This document shows positions 28,349 to 37,255 of a DNA stretch of 37,421 nucleotides, piece by piece. A model generated the notes under the pieces. That model did no database searches. It was not told the origin of the DNA and worked only from the letters and a program-made list of their open reading frames with translations. Position numbers and translations under genes: made by a program. Location of the stretch: contig JALNVY010000003.1 of assembly GCA_023231165.1 (NCBI GenBank), positions 1-37,421 on the forward strand. Reading direction: 5' to 3'. This DNA is from Syntrophales bacterium (lineage in GTDB: Bacteria > Desulfobacterota > Syntrophia > Syntrophales > UBA8958). Numbering within the stretch: position 1 is the first letter of the stretch; each line of letters opens with the position of its first letter.

Positions 28349-30157
28349 CTATCCCGTCGCTTCCATGCCGCGGAACTCATCCGCTGGCCACGTACCTGCC
28401 TGTATCGACTGAATCACCTCCTCCGCCTCTTTGATCTCGATACCAGTTTCATACCGTTCCCGGAGTTCCCTGTTCAGCTCCGGCGTGATCACGCCGATCT
28501 CCGCTCTGAGCAGCTTGAGAAGCTCCACAAACGATATTCTCCTTGCCGCAATGCCCCGTGGCACCGCCGCCGCCGCATCCACCGTCAACGGTGCGTTCTC
28601 AGGCAGATCCGCATGCTTCACATCCAGGGGTGTCCCCTTCCGTTCGATAAACTCCAGATTCCCCACCTTGTCAGCCTGATGGCCCATGATCCGGAGGGGC
28701 GATTCAAACCCGACCGGCGGGGCCTCGGCCATGCGTTTGTCTCCCGTCCCTTTCCATTTGAGGCCCCAGGTCTCCGCCGTTTTCTCCATCTCCGTCTTGG
28801 CCTTTTGCGTTGCCGTGTGTTTGATGCCCTTGTACGTTCCGTAGGGGACGCCATTCGTAAGGCGACCGTATTCATCCTCCGGGATGGGCTTGCACAGCCA
28901 GACAAAGCCGTTGAAATGGACTTCGATGTTGGGGTATTCGTAGGGATGACGGACCACGTTGACTTTCTGGCCTGCTGCCTGGGGATCTTCGATTTGATAA
29001 AAGCGATTGTCCACTTGGATGATCCGTGAGCCGTCCGCCGTTCTGGGGATCGTCGGCTCTTTGATCAGGAGGCGGTATAGCGATTCGTCGGGGCACAGGC
29101 GCAATTGCTCCGCTGTGATATACGACCAGAGTACCGACCGGGGCGCTACGTCCCGCATCTTTGGGACGGCGTTGGCCCAGATGCACCAGTCGAGCGCCCA
29201 GCGGTTCAATTCATCCAGGTCGGCGGGTCGCTGGAACTTCAGACGTCCTTCAAACCGGTTGATATAGTGCATGAGTCCTTCAATGGCCCCCTTCGCCCTG
29301 GGGTTCCCCGGCATGTGCAGTTGCAGGTCGATCCGGAGCGCGTCAAAAAGGGCTTGGTTAGCCTTGGCCGTCATGATGGATCCCCGGTCGGCAATGAGCA
29401 TGAAAGGAACGCCGTGAAGGCGGTATTTGCCGAGTTTCGTCCCCGATTGACCGTTCCAGGTCCGCTTGATCAGTTCATCCTTGGGCCGCATGGCCGTAAA
29501 CAGAAACGCCGATCCGTCCGCCGCCCGCTCACCCGAGGCGTAGAAGTATTGGAAGAAAAACGCCCCGGAGCAGTGGTCCACCACCGCATACCGGAGCAGT
29601 TCTTTTTTGATAGTTTTGGCCGTTTTGACGAGCTTATTTTTGTAAAGGGTCATTTCTGTATCCCGTTCGCCCAGGCCCTTTTTCGTATCGAGGAAATACT
29701 GGAGGCAGTTCGTCACGTCGAATTGCCAGACATGGTTGGGATGGGCGGAAAGGAGACGCTGATGGGGGGAGGGTTTGAGCAGGTCCTTGGCGGATATCCG
29801 CTCCTGACGCAGGCGGGAGAGAAACCAGCTTGTCGAGACGCCTCCCGTTTCGATCCCCGAATCATCAAGGATCATCTTGGCATCGCAGGCGGGAAGGGGT
29901 ATCTCGTTTGATGTGCGCCGCGATGATAACATGAGCGCCGAGGCTTCCTTCAACATTTCCGCTGACGCCCTGGAAGTTCCCTTTGTTGCCCGTTCCTTCC
30001 GTCGCCCCTCTCCCACCATAGCCGCCCAGCGATTGACCGATGTGGGTTGTACGCCATAATGCTTGGCCAGATCCTTTACTTTTTGCGAGTATTCCCCGCC
30101 TTTCCGGCCCCGCAAACTCGTCTGTACATGATTCAGTATCACCTCTGAGACGGCCAT
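28349..30157 (-). CDS. DDE transposase (MuA-equivalent)
   Basis: HPNHVWQFD, LIADRGS and NPRAKGAIE catalytic motifs; N-terminal HTH. Confidence 0.92.
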   Translation of the reverse strand: MAVSEVILNHVQTSLRGRKGGEYSQKVKDLAKHYGVQPTSVNRWAAMVGEGRRKERATKGTSRASAEMLKEASALMLSSRRTSNEIPLPACDAKMILDDSGIETGGVSTSWFLSRLRQERISAKDLLKPSPHQRLLSAHPNHVWQFDVTNCLQYFLDTKKGLGERDTEMTLYKNKLVKTAKTIKKELLRYAVVDHCSGAFFFQYFYASGERAADGSAFLFTAMRPKDELIKRTWNGQSGTKLGKYRLHGVPFMLIADRGSIMTAKANQALFDALRIDLQLHMPGNPRAKGAIEGLMHYINRFEGRLKFQRPADLDELNRWALDWCIWANAVPKMRDVAPRSVLWSYITAEQLRLCPDESLYRLLIKEPTIPRTADGSRIIQVDNRFYQIEDPQAAGQKVNVVRHPYEYPNIEVHFNGFVWLCKPIPEDEYGRLTNGVPYGTYKGIKHTATQKAKTEMEKTAETWGLKWKGTGDKRMAEAPPVGFESPLRIMGHQADKVGNLEFIERKGTPLDVKHADLPENAPLTVDAAAAVPRGIAARRISFVELLKLLRAEIGVITPELNRELRERYETGIEIKEAEEVIQSIQAGTWPADEFRGMEATG

Positions 30158-30162
30158 GATCG

Positions 30163-31167
30163 TTATTCCTTTGCTTGTTGTCGTTTTTCGACTCGCTCCT
30201 TGTAGGCTTTGCCCATGCCCTTTCCCGCTGTCAGGGGTGCATTATCGATGAGGATCTCCGCTGTCGGGAGTTCCATTTCAGTAATCTCCCAGGGAACTTC
30301 CTCGGCGTCTCGATAGAATTCCTGGAGCTTCAAACGCTCTTCCATTGCGATCTTGCTGATAAAGATATAGAGGAAATACATCTGGCGCAGGGCGATCTCC
30401 GGTGCTTTGCCCGGTTGAATCTTCTTTTTGATGTCCGCCAGGCCCGCGATAAAATCAGACTGCACCTGGGCGAGGAGATTGACGGCGTCTTGCTCCTCCT
30501 CCGTCAGATCCGTCTTTTTGACAGTCTTCTGAAGGCGATTCAACTCCCGGTCCATCTTTTTGATGACATCTTCCTTGGCCTTGATGAGGCGGTCCTTTGT
30601 CCTGATCGTGGCATCGGCCTCTTCCTTTTCGGTTTTGTGGGTTTCTTCAAGGTTCTCCAGGAGGGCCTTGATCTCGTCCTTGTGCTCGGCGTCCAGAGGG
30701 ATGGTTTCTCCGTTATATATGATGGCGTTTTCGGCGATTTCCGCCGATTTTTCATCAACCGCCATTCCCAAGTATTTGATTTTATTTATTGTGACTCCGG
30801 AAAAATTGGCGAAATCCGCCAGAAAATCTGTTCTGAATGGTTTAAGGTCTAACAACTGTTCGTCTATCCGACGTCTATCAACTCCAACATGCTCGCAGAA
30901 TTGCTCCCATGTCATTCCTGTCTTGGAACGGTAATCTTTCGACTCCTTGACCTGCTTCAGCATCAGAAGGCCAAAGAAGGCAGATTGCGATTTTTGAAAA
31001 TTTGTAGCCTTGATCTTCCCTGCCATCTCATAGACGTTGGCAATGGCCTCTTCCCGGTCCTTTTGTGTCTGCTCGGCGCTCTTTTCCAGGCTCCGCTTCA
31101 TCAGTTCCTGTGACTCCGCCGCTTCCGAAAGTGTTTTTACTACAAGATCAGATTCATTTTTTGCCAT
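30163..31167 (-). CDS. Early coiled-coil protein (DUF3102-like position)
   Basis: TWEQFCEHVGVDRR HTH-like segment then coiled coil; precedes the transposase. Confidence 0.65.
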   Translation of the reverse strand: MAKNESDLVVKTLSEAAESQELMKRSLEKSAEQTQKDREEAIANVYEMAGKIKATNFQKSQSAFFGLLMLKQVKESKDYRSKTGMTWEQFCEHVGVDRRRIDEQLLDLKPFRTDFLADFANFSGVTINKIKYLGMAVDEKSAEIAENAIIYNGETIPLDAEHKDEIKALLENLEETHKTEKEEADATIRTKDRLIKAKEDVIKKMDRELNRLQKTVKKTDLTEEEQDAVNLLAQVQSDFIAGLADIKKKIQPGKAPEIALRQMYFLYIFISKIAMEERLKLQEFYRDAEEVPWEITEMELPTAEILIDNAPLTAGKGMGKAYKERVEKRQQAKE

Positions 31168-31467
31168 CTAACATCCCTCCAATTCAGTCAATTCTGCGTT
31201 GATTTTGTTGATTCTATCCTCTGTCAGCGCCTTTTTCCTCGCCCAGAGTACCGCGATCCGCATCCCCAGCATGTACCCATCTCCTATTCGATGCACCCAT
31301 CGGATATCTTCCATGGTTCCCAACTGACGGAAGACGATGTCAACGGACAGGCCCGTCAGCTTTGCCAATTCCGACACGCTGAGGGGGTCCTTTGAATCCT
31401 GAAGCACTCCCAAAATCCGGTCAGCCGTCAGTAAGACATCGATCTTTCTGCAACTCTTTGCGGCCAT
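31168..31467 (-). CDS. IclR-type winged-HTH protein
   Basis: LSVSELAKLTGLSVDIVFRQLGTM...GYMLG. Confidence 0.8.
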   Translation of the reverse strand: MAAKSCRKIDVLLTADRILGVLQDSKDPLSVSELAKLTGLSVDIVFRQLGTMEDIRWVHRIGDGYMLGMRIAVLWARKKALTEDRINKINAELTELEGC

Positions 31468-31479
31468 ACGCACCTCCTT

Positions 31480-31962
31480 TTATTTCGCTGCCACCAGGGC
31501 CTTCTCCAGACCTTTCAGCTCCTGGCTCTTCTTCGTGATTTCTTCCTTCAGCAGCCCGATCCTGGCCCGGACAACGTCCTTTCCCTTCATGGGCGTGTAA
31601 TTCAGGCACTCAAGCATAATAAAGAGTGTTTCACAGTCTCCCGTCGCCGCGCAGAATGCGGGGAGAACGTCACCCGAAATACCCCACCGGCGATTACCGT
31701 TAAAATCGATGCCGTCGTTTGACAGATCCCGGCTTTCTGCAGACCATCCGTCAAGCGTGCCTTTCGAGACCTCTTTCCCGGAGAGCTTGTAAATCTCTGC
31801 GCAGATATCGATCCGGTCTTTCCCGGACTTTTTGATGGCGTTGGATACGGCGTGCCGGAGCCGCATGCTGATGTCCATGCTGCCCGGATTCGGCAGGGTT
31901 TCCGGTTCAAGAAAAGAGAAGAGGCTGGCTTGGTTAACGTCAATTTTTTTTCGACGGTTCAT
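31480..31962 (-). CDS. Phage regulatory protein (CII-like)
   Basis: SKGTLDGWSAESR...LPAFCAATG; ATGA overlap start. Confidence 0.6.
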   Translation of the reverse strand: MNRRKKIDVNQASLFSFLEPETLPNPGSMDISMRLRHAVSNAIKKSGKDRIDICAEIYKLSGKEVSKGTLDGWSAESRDLSNDGIDFNGNRRWGISGDVLPAFCAATGDCETLFIMLECLNYTPMKGKDVVRARIGLLKEEITKKSQELKGLEKALVAAK

Positions 31963-32381
31963 TTGTTTTTCCCCCAAAACATTGAATGTTTACCAAGATT
32001 AACGATATTTTTTAGGAGAGTGGTGACGCGCCATGGCTTTTCTGGTGCGGTCTGAATATGATGCGTTGTCTTTCGTTTTCCTTTGGATGCAACAAGTTCA
32101 GTAGCTATGAGTTTTTTTAAAACCTCAATCCCTTCTTCCTGCCAAAGTATCTTCTCGGAAATATTTAGATATTCTGAAATAGCTCTTTTGATATGGGGGA
32201 CGTTAAGAGATGCTTGAGATCCGTTTTTGAGGATGAAGCTCTTTTGATTCAAAAATCGATTTAAGACCCACAGACTTATTCCTGTTTCCTTAGCAAGGCT
32301 TGTTTGACTTTGCCCTCTAACCTTCAAGAGGGTTTTGATTTCATCAGTGGATACGTAAAATATTTTTGCATCATTTGACAT
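31959..32381 (-). CDS. XRE-type HTH protein
   Basis: SQTSLAKETGISLWVLNRFLN; AT-rich. Confidence 0.65.
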   Translation of the reverse strand: MSNDAKIFYVSTDEIKTLLKVRGQSQTSLAKETGISLWVLNRFLNQKSFILKNGSQASLNVPHIKRAISEYLNISEKILWQEEGIEVLKKLIATELVASKGKRKTTHHIQTAPEKPWRVTTLLKNIVNLGKHSMFWGKNK

Positions 32382-32435
32382 TGCAATCCCCCGCTTTTTA
32401 TGTAAAATCAAACCAACTTTGAACGTACGTTTTGT

Positions 32436-32681
32436 TTATGCGGCCTTTTTTGGCCAGAGATCCTCAACCGCCATACCGAGAGATTCGGCAATGACCTGTC
32501 GAGCTAACTGTCCTTTTTCCTTTGCTCCTCTGCGACGGCCGGTAATGATCATCGATAGGAAGGGTTGTGTGACACCGGCCTTTTCGGCTAATTCGGCCTG
32601 GTTGATGCCGTTCATGATAAGCAGTCCACTGACATAGCGGCCGTTTTTTTTACTCGGCGGTGTTATTTTTATAGCGTTCAT
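32436..32681 (-). CDS. Ner/Cro-like HTH regulator
   Basis: INQAELAEKAGVTQPFLSMIITG...EDLWP; divergent from the repressor; start could also be 32708. Confidence 0.85.
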   Translation of the reverse strand: MNAIKITPPSKKNGRYVSGLLIMNGINQAELAEKAGVTQPFLSMIITGRRRGAKEKGQLARQVIAESLGMAVEDLWPKKAA

Positions 32682-32688
32682 GGTGAAG

Positions 32689-32737
32689 ATGAATAATTGA
32701 ATATTCATCTTTTGTCAAGAATAATATGAATATTCAT
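32689..32737. promoter_or_regulatory. Immunity switch: operators and divergent promoters
   Basis: Palindrome TGAATATTCA at 32698-32707 and 32727-32736 flanking a minus-strand TTGACA (32713-32718). Confidence 0.7.
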
Positions 32738-32750
32738 AAATGGTGAAAAT

Positions 32751-33458
32751 ATGACCGCATCAAATGAAATCGGGAAAAGAATAAAGGACTTACGAAAAGA
32801 ATTAGGCATGACTCAGGAAAAATTCGGCAAAGAAATCTATCGAGACAAAAGTATTATTTCAAAAATTGAAAATGGTGAAGTTGAATTATCAACATCTATA
32901 CGACAAGCTATTTGCAGGACTTTTGATGTCCGGGAAGAGTGGATATTGAGGGGGGTTGGCGAAAAAACGAAAGCATCCCATAATGCGGCTCTGGAGGAAC
33001 TGACCGTTGAACTTGTAACTCGGAAAGTTCCTCATCCAGATCATGAATTCGTTTACATTCGTCAGGTCAACGGCAAAATCTCTGCCGGCGGCGGACTGAT
33101 GCCGGACAATTCGGCGGATATTAAGGCTGCATTCCGGAGAGATTGGATAAAAAAGAGGGGAGGAAACCCCGACAAGATGTCTTTGATTAAGGTTTCTGGC
33201 GACAGTATGGTGCCGACGCTTCTGTCCGGAGACCTCGTTCTGGTAGATCACGGCCGCAATAGCATCGCTTCCCAGGGCGGGATCTACGCCATATCCATAG
33301 ACAATGAGATCATGATCAAACGTGTCCAGCCGGTTTTCCCTGATGGAAAATTGCGTGTAATCAGCGACAATAAGCAGTATGATTCCTTCGAAATCGCAAA
33401 GGATAAGGTCCTGATCAACGGGAAAGTGATCTGGTTCGCCAGGGACATGGAGAGGTAA
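32751..33458 (+). CDS. CI/LexA-type repressor (XRE HTH plus S24 peptidase)
   Basis: N-terminal HTH, SAG cleavage site, GDSM and IKR catalytic motifs, GKVIW. Confidence 0.93.
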   Translation: MTASNEIGKRIKDLRKELGMTQEKFGKEIYRDKSIISKIENGEVELSTSIRQAICRTFDVREEWILRGVGEKTKASHNAALEELTVELVTRKVPHPDHEFVYIRQVNGKISAGGGLMPDNSADIKAAFRRDWIKKRGGNPDKMSLIKVSGDSMVPTLLSGDLVLVDHGRNSIASQGGIYAISIDNEIMIKRVQPVFPDGKLRVISDNKQYDSFEIAKDKVLINGKVIWFARDMER

Positions 33459-33557
33459 AGTTTGATCGGTATTGAAATCAGAGCACCATTATATCTCTGC
33501 TATAAAGACTGAATTGCCAATGTTGATTCAGAAATTTTTAATTACCACGGAGGGAAT

Positions 33558-33968
33558 ATGAAAAGATTCATGTTGTTGTTTGTAACAATAGCTTTCTTAT
33601 CCGGTACCGCCATCGCACAGGCAGCAGAACCTATTCCTTTTAAAGAATTCATCTCAATAACTGAAAAAGTTCTTGATGCGTTAGATGAGATAGAAGTTGT
33701 TTTTTCAAATTCCAACTCAACGAAAATAGAAGTGAAGCAGGCATTTAAAAAATTAGACACGGAAATGCTGAAATACCGGCGTTATGTTAAGGACTGGCGT
33801 AAATCACCAGGAAAACAAGCGGATATTATAAAGGCTATTGCCACGGCTAATATCGATTATGAGATAACCGAACTAAAAGGTATTTATGATAAATCTCACG
33901 AAGAGGCAAAACTCGCAACACAGGAAGCCAGAGAATTATTTATGAGATATAAAAAACGCAGCAAGTAG
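33558..33968 (+). CDS. Exported protein with signal peptide
   Basis: MKRFMLLFVTIAFLSGTAIAQA; GGAGG SD. Confidence 0.7.
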   Translation: MKRFMLLFVTIAFLSGTAIAQAAEPIPFKEFISITEKVLDALDEIEVVFSNSNSTKIEVKQAFKKLDTEMLKYRRYVKDWRKSPGKQADIIKAIATANIDYEITELKGIYDKSHEEAKLATQEARELFMRYKKRSK

Positions 33969-34182
33969 TTCCCATTTTGTCGCTGACCGTGAATTTATGA
34001 AAAAGATTTTCCCGCTGTTCCGCCGTACTCGACTTCGACCGGATGAAGATAAACGGAAAATTGATATGGTACGGAAAGGAAATCTGAACACCATAATAAC
34101 TTTGTTATAAAGACTAAATTGCCATTGTTGAGCTGGGAATCATAAAACATTAACGATTTTACTACTAACGAAGGGGGCAAAA

Positions 34183-35289
34183 ATGGACTTTATTGACAAG
34201 ATCCGCGAACTATCTGCACGCATTCCAAAGCAACTCGATAACATACAAACCGAAGAGGCTACCAAACACGCCTTGGTCATGCCGTTTATATCAGCACTTG
34301 GATATAACGTATTTGACCCGACAGAAGTAACTCCGGAACTATGCGCCGATGTGGGCGTCAAGAAAGGAGAAAAGGTTGACTATGCAATATTGCGCGATGG
34401 AAAGCCTGTTCTTCTATTCGAATGCAAACACCACGCTGCCGACCTCAGCAAGGTACACGCTTCGCAATTGTATAGATATTTCAGCGTCACAGAAGCCCGA
34501 TTCAGCGTATTAACAAATGGCATCGTATATTGGTTCTATACCGACCTCGAAGCGCCAAACAAAATGGATGAAAAGCCTTTCTTTGAATTCAATCTGATCG
34601 AGATCAAAGAAAATGCCGTTGAAGAACTTAAGAAGTTCTCAAAATCTTCTTTCGACCTTGATTTTATTCTTACAACCGCCGCGGAACTGAAATATACGCG
34701 AGAAATAAAGCGACTGCTACTTGAACAAATGCACGAACCAACAGATGAATTTGTCCGCTTCTTCGCCTCCAAAGTTTATGGTGGAAGAATGACACAGGCT
34801 GTGCGAGATCAATTCATCCAACTTACAAAACAGGCCTTCAAACACTTATTAAACGACCAGATCAACGAGAGGTTGAAATCTGCGTTGGCCTCAGACACCG
34901 CTACAGGGGGGACGATGGCGGCAGAGACCCAACCGACAACCGCTTCTGTTTCCCCGGAAGCCTCTTCAGGAATTGAGACAAATGAAGAAGAATTGGAAGG
35001 TTACCATGTTGTGCGAGCCATTCTAAGAGAGGTCACGACCCCTAAGAGGGTGGTTATGCGCGATAAACAGAGTTACTGTGGCATTCTCCTGGACGACAAC
35101 AACAGGAAGCCCCTTTGCCGCTTACATTTTAATAGCGCCCAGAAATACCTAAGTTTGTTTGACACCGAGAAGGAAGATAAATTTCCAATTGAAGGGATTG
35201 ACGATCTATACAAATATGCGGAACGCCTTAAGGCCACAGTGACGAAGTATGACTCTAATAAAAATACTCCGAAACTAAGCGCTGAATAA
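34183..35289 (+). CDS. Stand-alone HsdR-N-like (PD-(D/E)xK) nuclease-domain protein
   Basis: TEEATK..LVMPF..ALGY, EKVDYAI, ECK, QLYRYF and LTNG; no helicase motifs. Confidence 0.85.
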   Translation: MDFIDKIRELSARIPKQLDNIQTEEATKHALVMPFISALGYNVFDPTEVTPELCADVGVKKGEKVDYAILRDGKPVLLFECKHHAADLSKVHASQLYRYFSVTEARFSVLTNGIVYWFYTDLEAPNKMDEKPFFEFNLIEIKENAVEELKKFSKSSFDLDFILTTAAELKYTREIKRLLLEQMHEPTDEFVRFFASKVYGGRMTQAVRDQFIQLTKQAFKHLLNDQINERLKSALASDTATGGTMAAETQPTTASVSPEASSGIETNEEELEGYHVVRAILREVTTPKRVVMRDKQSYCGILLDDNNRKPLCRLHFNSAQKYLSLFDTEKEDKFPIEGIDDLYKYAERLKATVTKYDSNKNTPKLSAE

Positions 35290-35322
35290 GTCGTTACGGA
35301 GTTAGATAAGGGAGGCTATTAT

Positions 35323-35592
35323 ATGGCAAAACAATACAAAGAATTTTCAAAACAGGAACACTTGGAAACATCCACAGCGATTAATGCGATCTGTAAACAG
35401 CTTATAGATCTAAGTGAGAAGATCATTCCGGCTTACGGGGTATCCAGTACCGTTGGCAAAGAAATCCAAAAATTAGTGCTGTCACCAAACATAATGAGTG
35501 ATCTCAAGTTAAAGTTAGAGAATGCCTATTTATGCGAGCATGGCGGCAAAGCGAATGAAAGTCCCTATTACGATGGACGCGGGTATGCTTGA
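35323..35592 (+). CDS. Hypothetical protein
   Basis: GGAGG SD, 89 aa. Confidence 0.65.
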   Translation: MAKQYKEFSKQEHLETSTAINAICKQLIDLSEKIIPAYGVSSTVGKEIQKLVLSPNIMSDLKLKLENAYLCEHGGKANESPYYDGRGYA

Positions 35593-35843
35593 TCTACAGA
35601 GAAAAGGAGATTCTTGTGGCCTTACATGAAGAAATAGATAATCTTTTAAGCAAATTGACGGACAAACAGCGCAGGCTGTTTGCTCACAATATTGAGATGT
35701 GGAGAAAAACTGCTGCGCTTAATGGAAGGCCACAAAATTTCGATAGTTTCGAAGTAGATTCATCCGAGTTGATGCAGGGATGGAAGGCATTTATAGAAGA
35801 CGTTTATGCAATTGAATTCGATTCCGAAATATCTTCTCATTGA
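35589..35843 (+). CDS. Hypothetical protein
   Basis: TTGA overlap with the upstream stop. Confidence 0.45.
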   Translation: MIYREKEILVALHEEIDNLLSKLTDKQRRLFAHNIEMWRKTAALNGRPQNFDSFEVDSSELMQGWKAFIEDVYAIEFDSEISSH

Positions 35844-35909
35844 CAAGAGCTGTTTATTTTTGAATGAACGATGTTGGAGAGTAGAGGTATACCTTAAAGG
35901 AGATGACCA

Positions 35910-36200
35910 ATGATCGAAACTGAAATATGGTATTATGTGAATAGCGAAACGCGAACGGTTAGATTTTCCAGGAAAGCAGTATTTTCAGGTGTTCCATTTA
36001 TAGGGGCAATGTTAGAAATTCCAGGTGATAATCTTGAAGTTACAGCAGTGTCCTTTAAAGATGGAGGCGGAATAACGATCGTCGCCGGTGAAGACCCTAT
36101 TGAGACACTTTGGAAGGACTCTAATCTTGACGATGAAATAGAGGAGATGACATCAGAAAGAGGCTGGATTATGCTAAGCAATGTCAAAAGAAGATCATAA
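35910..36200 (+). CDS. Acidic hypothetical protein
   Basis: AAGGAG SD, 96 aa. Confidence 0.65.
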   Translation: MIETEIWYYVNSETRTVRFSRKAVFSGVPFIGAMLEIPGDNLEVTAVSFKDGGGITIVAGEDPIETLWKDSNLDDEIEEMTSERGWIMLSNVKRRS

Positions 36201-36283
36201 GCTATCCTTCCAACAATTAAGGATTGCCTTACGACGAATATCAAAAACTATTTGATTTTATAAAAATAATTACTAAAATTAAT

Positions 36284-36312
36284 TTGACTCGCAAAAAATC
36301 ATTCTTTATAGT
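36284..36312 (+). promoter_or_regulatory. Sigma70-type promoter of terminal moron
   Basis: TTGACT-17 bp-TATAGT with an AT-rich upstream tract. Confidence 0.75.
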
Positions 36313-36323
36313 GGAGGTCAGAC

Positions 36324-36497
36324 ATGGCGGAAGATAATAAGGGATCTGGATCAACGGTACCCAAAAAAACAATCATCGTACCAAATAGACAACAGACGGG
36401 TGACTCCGTAGAACGCGTTCAAGGTGGTGTTATTTACGAAACGGCTGACACTTTACCACCCCCGCCACCGTTGTCGCCGGATTCCGATAAGAAATAA
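36324..36497 (+). CDS. 57-aa Pro-rich peptide (not in ORF track)
   Basis: GGAGG SD; MAEDNKGSGSTVPKKTIIVPNRQQTGDSVERVQGGVIYETADTLPPPPPLSPDSDKK. Confidence 0.7.
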   Translation: MAEDNKGSGSTVPKKTIIVPNRQQTGDSVERVQGGVIYETADTLPPPPPLSPDSDKK

Positions 36498-36509
36498 GGA
36501 GAGAATGTT

Positions 36510-37046
36510 ATGGAGCCTCAGGATGTTTCGAGAAGATCACACGATCTTTTATTCGGAATTCGCAGATCTGTCCGATATCATAATCGACGCTGCCTTTTTT
36601 TCGATCGCTTGCACAGAATAACCGTATCGTTTTCCTTGGTTTTCGGCTCTGCAACTGTATCCGTTGCTCTTTCACAGGCTGGACGCCCCTGGGTATCCGT
36701 CTGCGCAGCCATGGTTGCCGTATTTGGGGCAATAGATCTTGTGTTTGATGCGCCGCAATTTGCACGCCTTCATAAAGATTTAGCGAGACGTTTCATTGCC
36801 CTGGAAAAGGAAATCGTTATCTTGCCGACACTCACAGAAGATGAGATCCGCCGTTTCACGGCCGACCGTCTCGAAATCGAAGCCGATGAGCCGCCAGTCC
36901 TTCGTATTCTCAATGTCGTTTGCCATAATGAGCTTATGCGGGCCATGGGATACCCGGATAATTCCTTGGCAAAGATTTCACCGTTAAAAAGATTTTTCTG
37001 CCACTTCTTTGACTTAAACGATGCGGCGATAAAGGGATCGGCATAA
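36510..37046 (+). CDS. Two-TM protein, SLATT-like
   Basis: RSVRYH..R, two TM helices, then ARLH.DL.RRF..LE and IEADEPP; AAGGAG SD. Confidence 0.65.
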   Translation: MEPQDVSRRSHDLLFGIRRSVRYHNRRCLFFDRLHRITVSFSLVFGSATVSVALSQAGRPWVSVCAAMVAVFGAIDLVFDAPQFARLHKDLARRFIALEKEIVILPTLTEDEIRRFTADRLEIEADEPPVLRILNVVCHNELMRAMGYPDNSLAKISPLKRFFCHFFDLNDAAIKGSA

Positions 37047-37172
37047 CAAAATGGAGTATATAAGTGAAAATCGTCAAAGAATGATCGCGACGGTTTTTTT
37101 AATCAAAACTCATTTGATTGCAGGTCAAAATCTCCCTCCTGTAAACCATTCGTAAACCATCGTGTAAGTCAG

Positions 37173-37213
37173 TTATCGCAATTTTCCATAGTTAGTTATC
37201 TCACCCCTCCACA
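37173..37213 (+). repeat. Terminal inverted repeat, repressor end
   Basis: TTATCGCAATT-N12-TTATCTCAC-CCCTCCACA. Confidence 0.9.
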
Positions 37214-37219
37214 GGCCAT
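37214..37219 (+). repeat. 6-bp target-site duplication, right copy
   Basis: GGCCAT immediately after the terminal CA. Confidence 0.85.
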
Positions 37220-37226
37220 AATACCA

Positions 37227-37255
37227 TTGACAAGCAAGTCCGTTTTGCCTATAGT
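37227..37255 (+). promoter_or_regulatory. Host sigma70-type promoter in the right flank
   Basis: TTGACA-17 bp-TATAGT. Confidence 0.65.

Larger units (their letters stand above)
124..37213 (-). mobile_element. Complete Mu-like (transposable) prophage, probably non-contractile tail
   Basis: Begins TG and ends CA; matching 41-bp terminal inverted repeats; GGCCAT at 118-123 and 37214-37219; transposase, ATPase, gam, gemA, mor, portal, protease and gpT/gp36/gp37-like genes in Mu-like order. Confidence 0.95.

Noticed and set aside
12168-30852. Long plus-strand ORFs (e.g. 12168-13007, 14459-15235, 19162-20091, 29105-29911)
   Set aside because: Antisense shadows of well-supported minus-strand genes in GC-rich DNA; no recognisable motifs
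33997-34110. 37-aa ORF MKKIFPLFRR...
   Set aside because: No SD and no distinguishing features
34183-35289. Complete type I restriction-modification system
   Set aside because: No helicase domain, HsdM or HsdS in the window
37141-37160. GTAAACCAT tandem pair near the end
   Set aside because: Only two copies and no counterpart at the other end; not a CRISPR or iteron array
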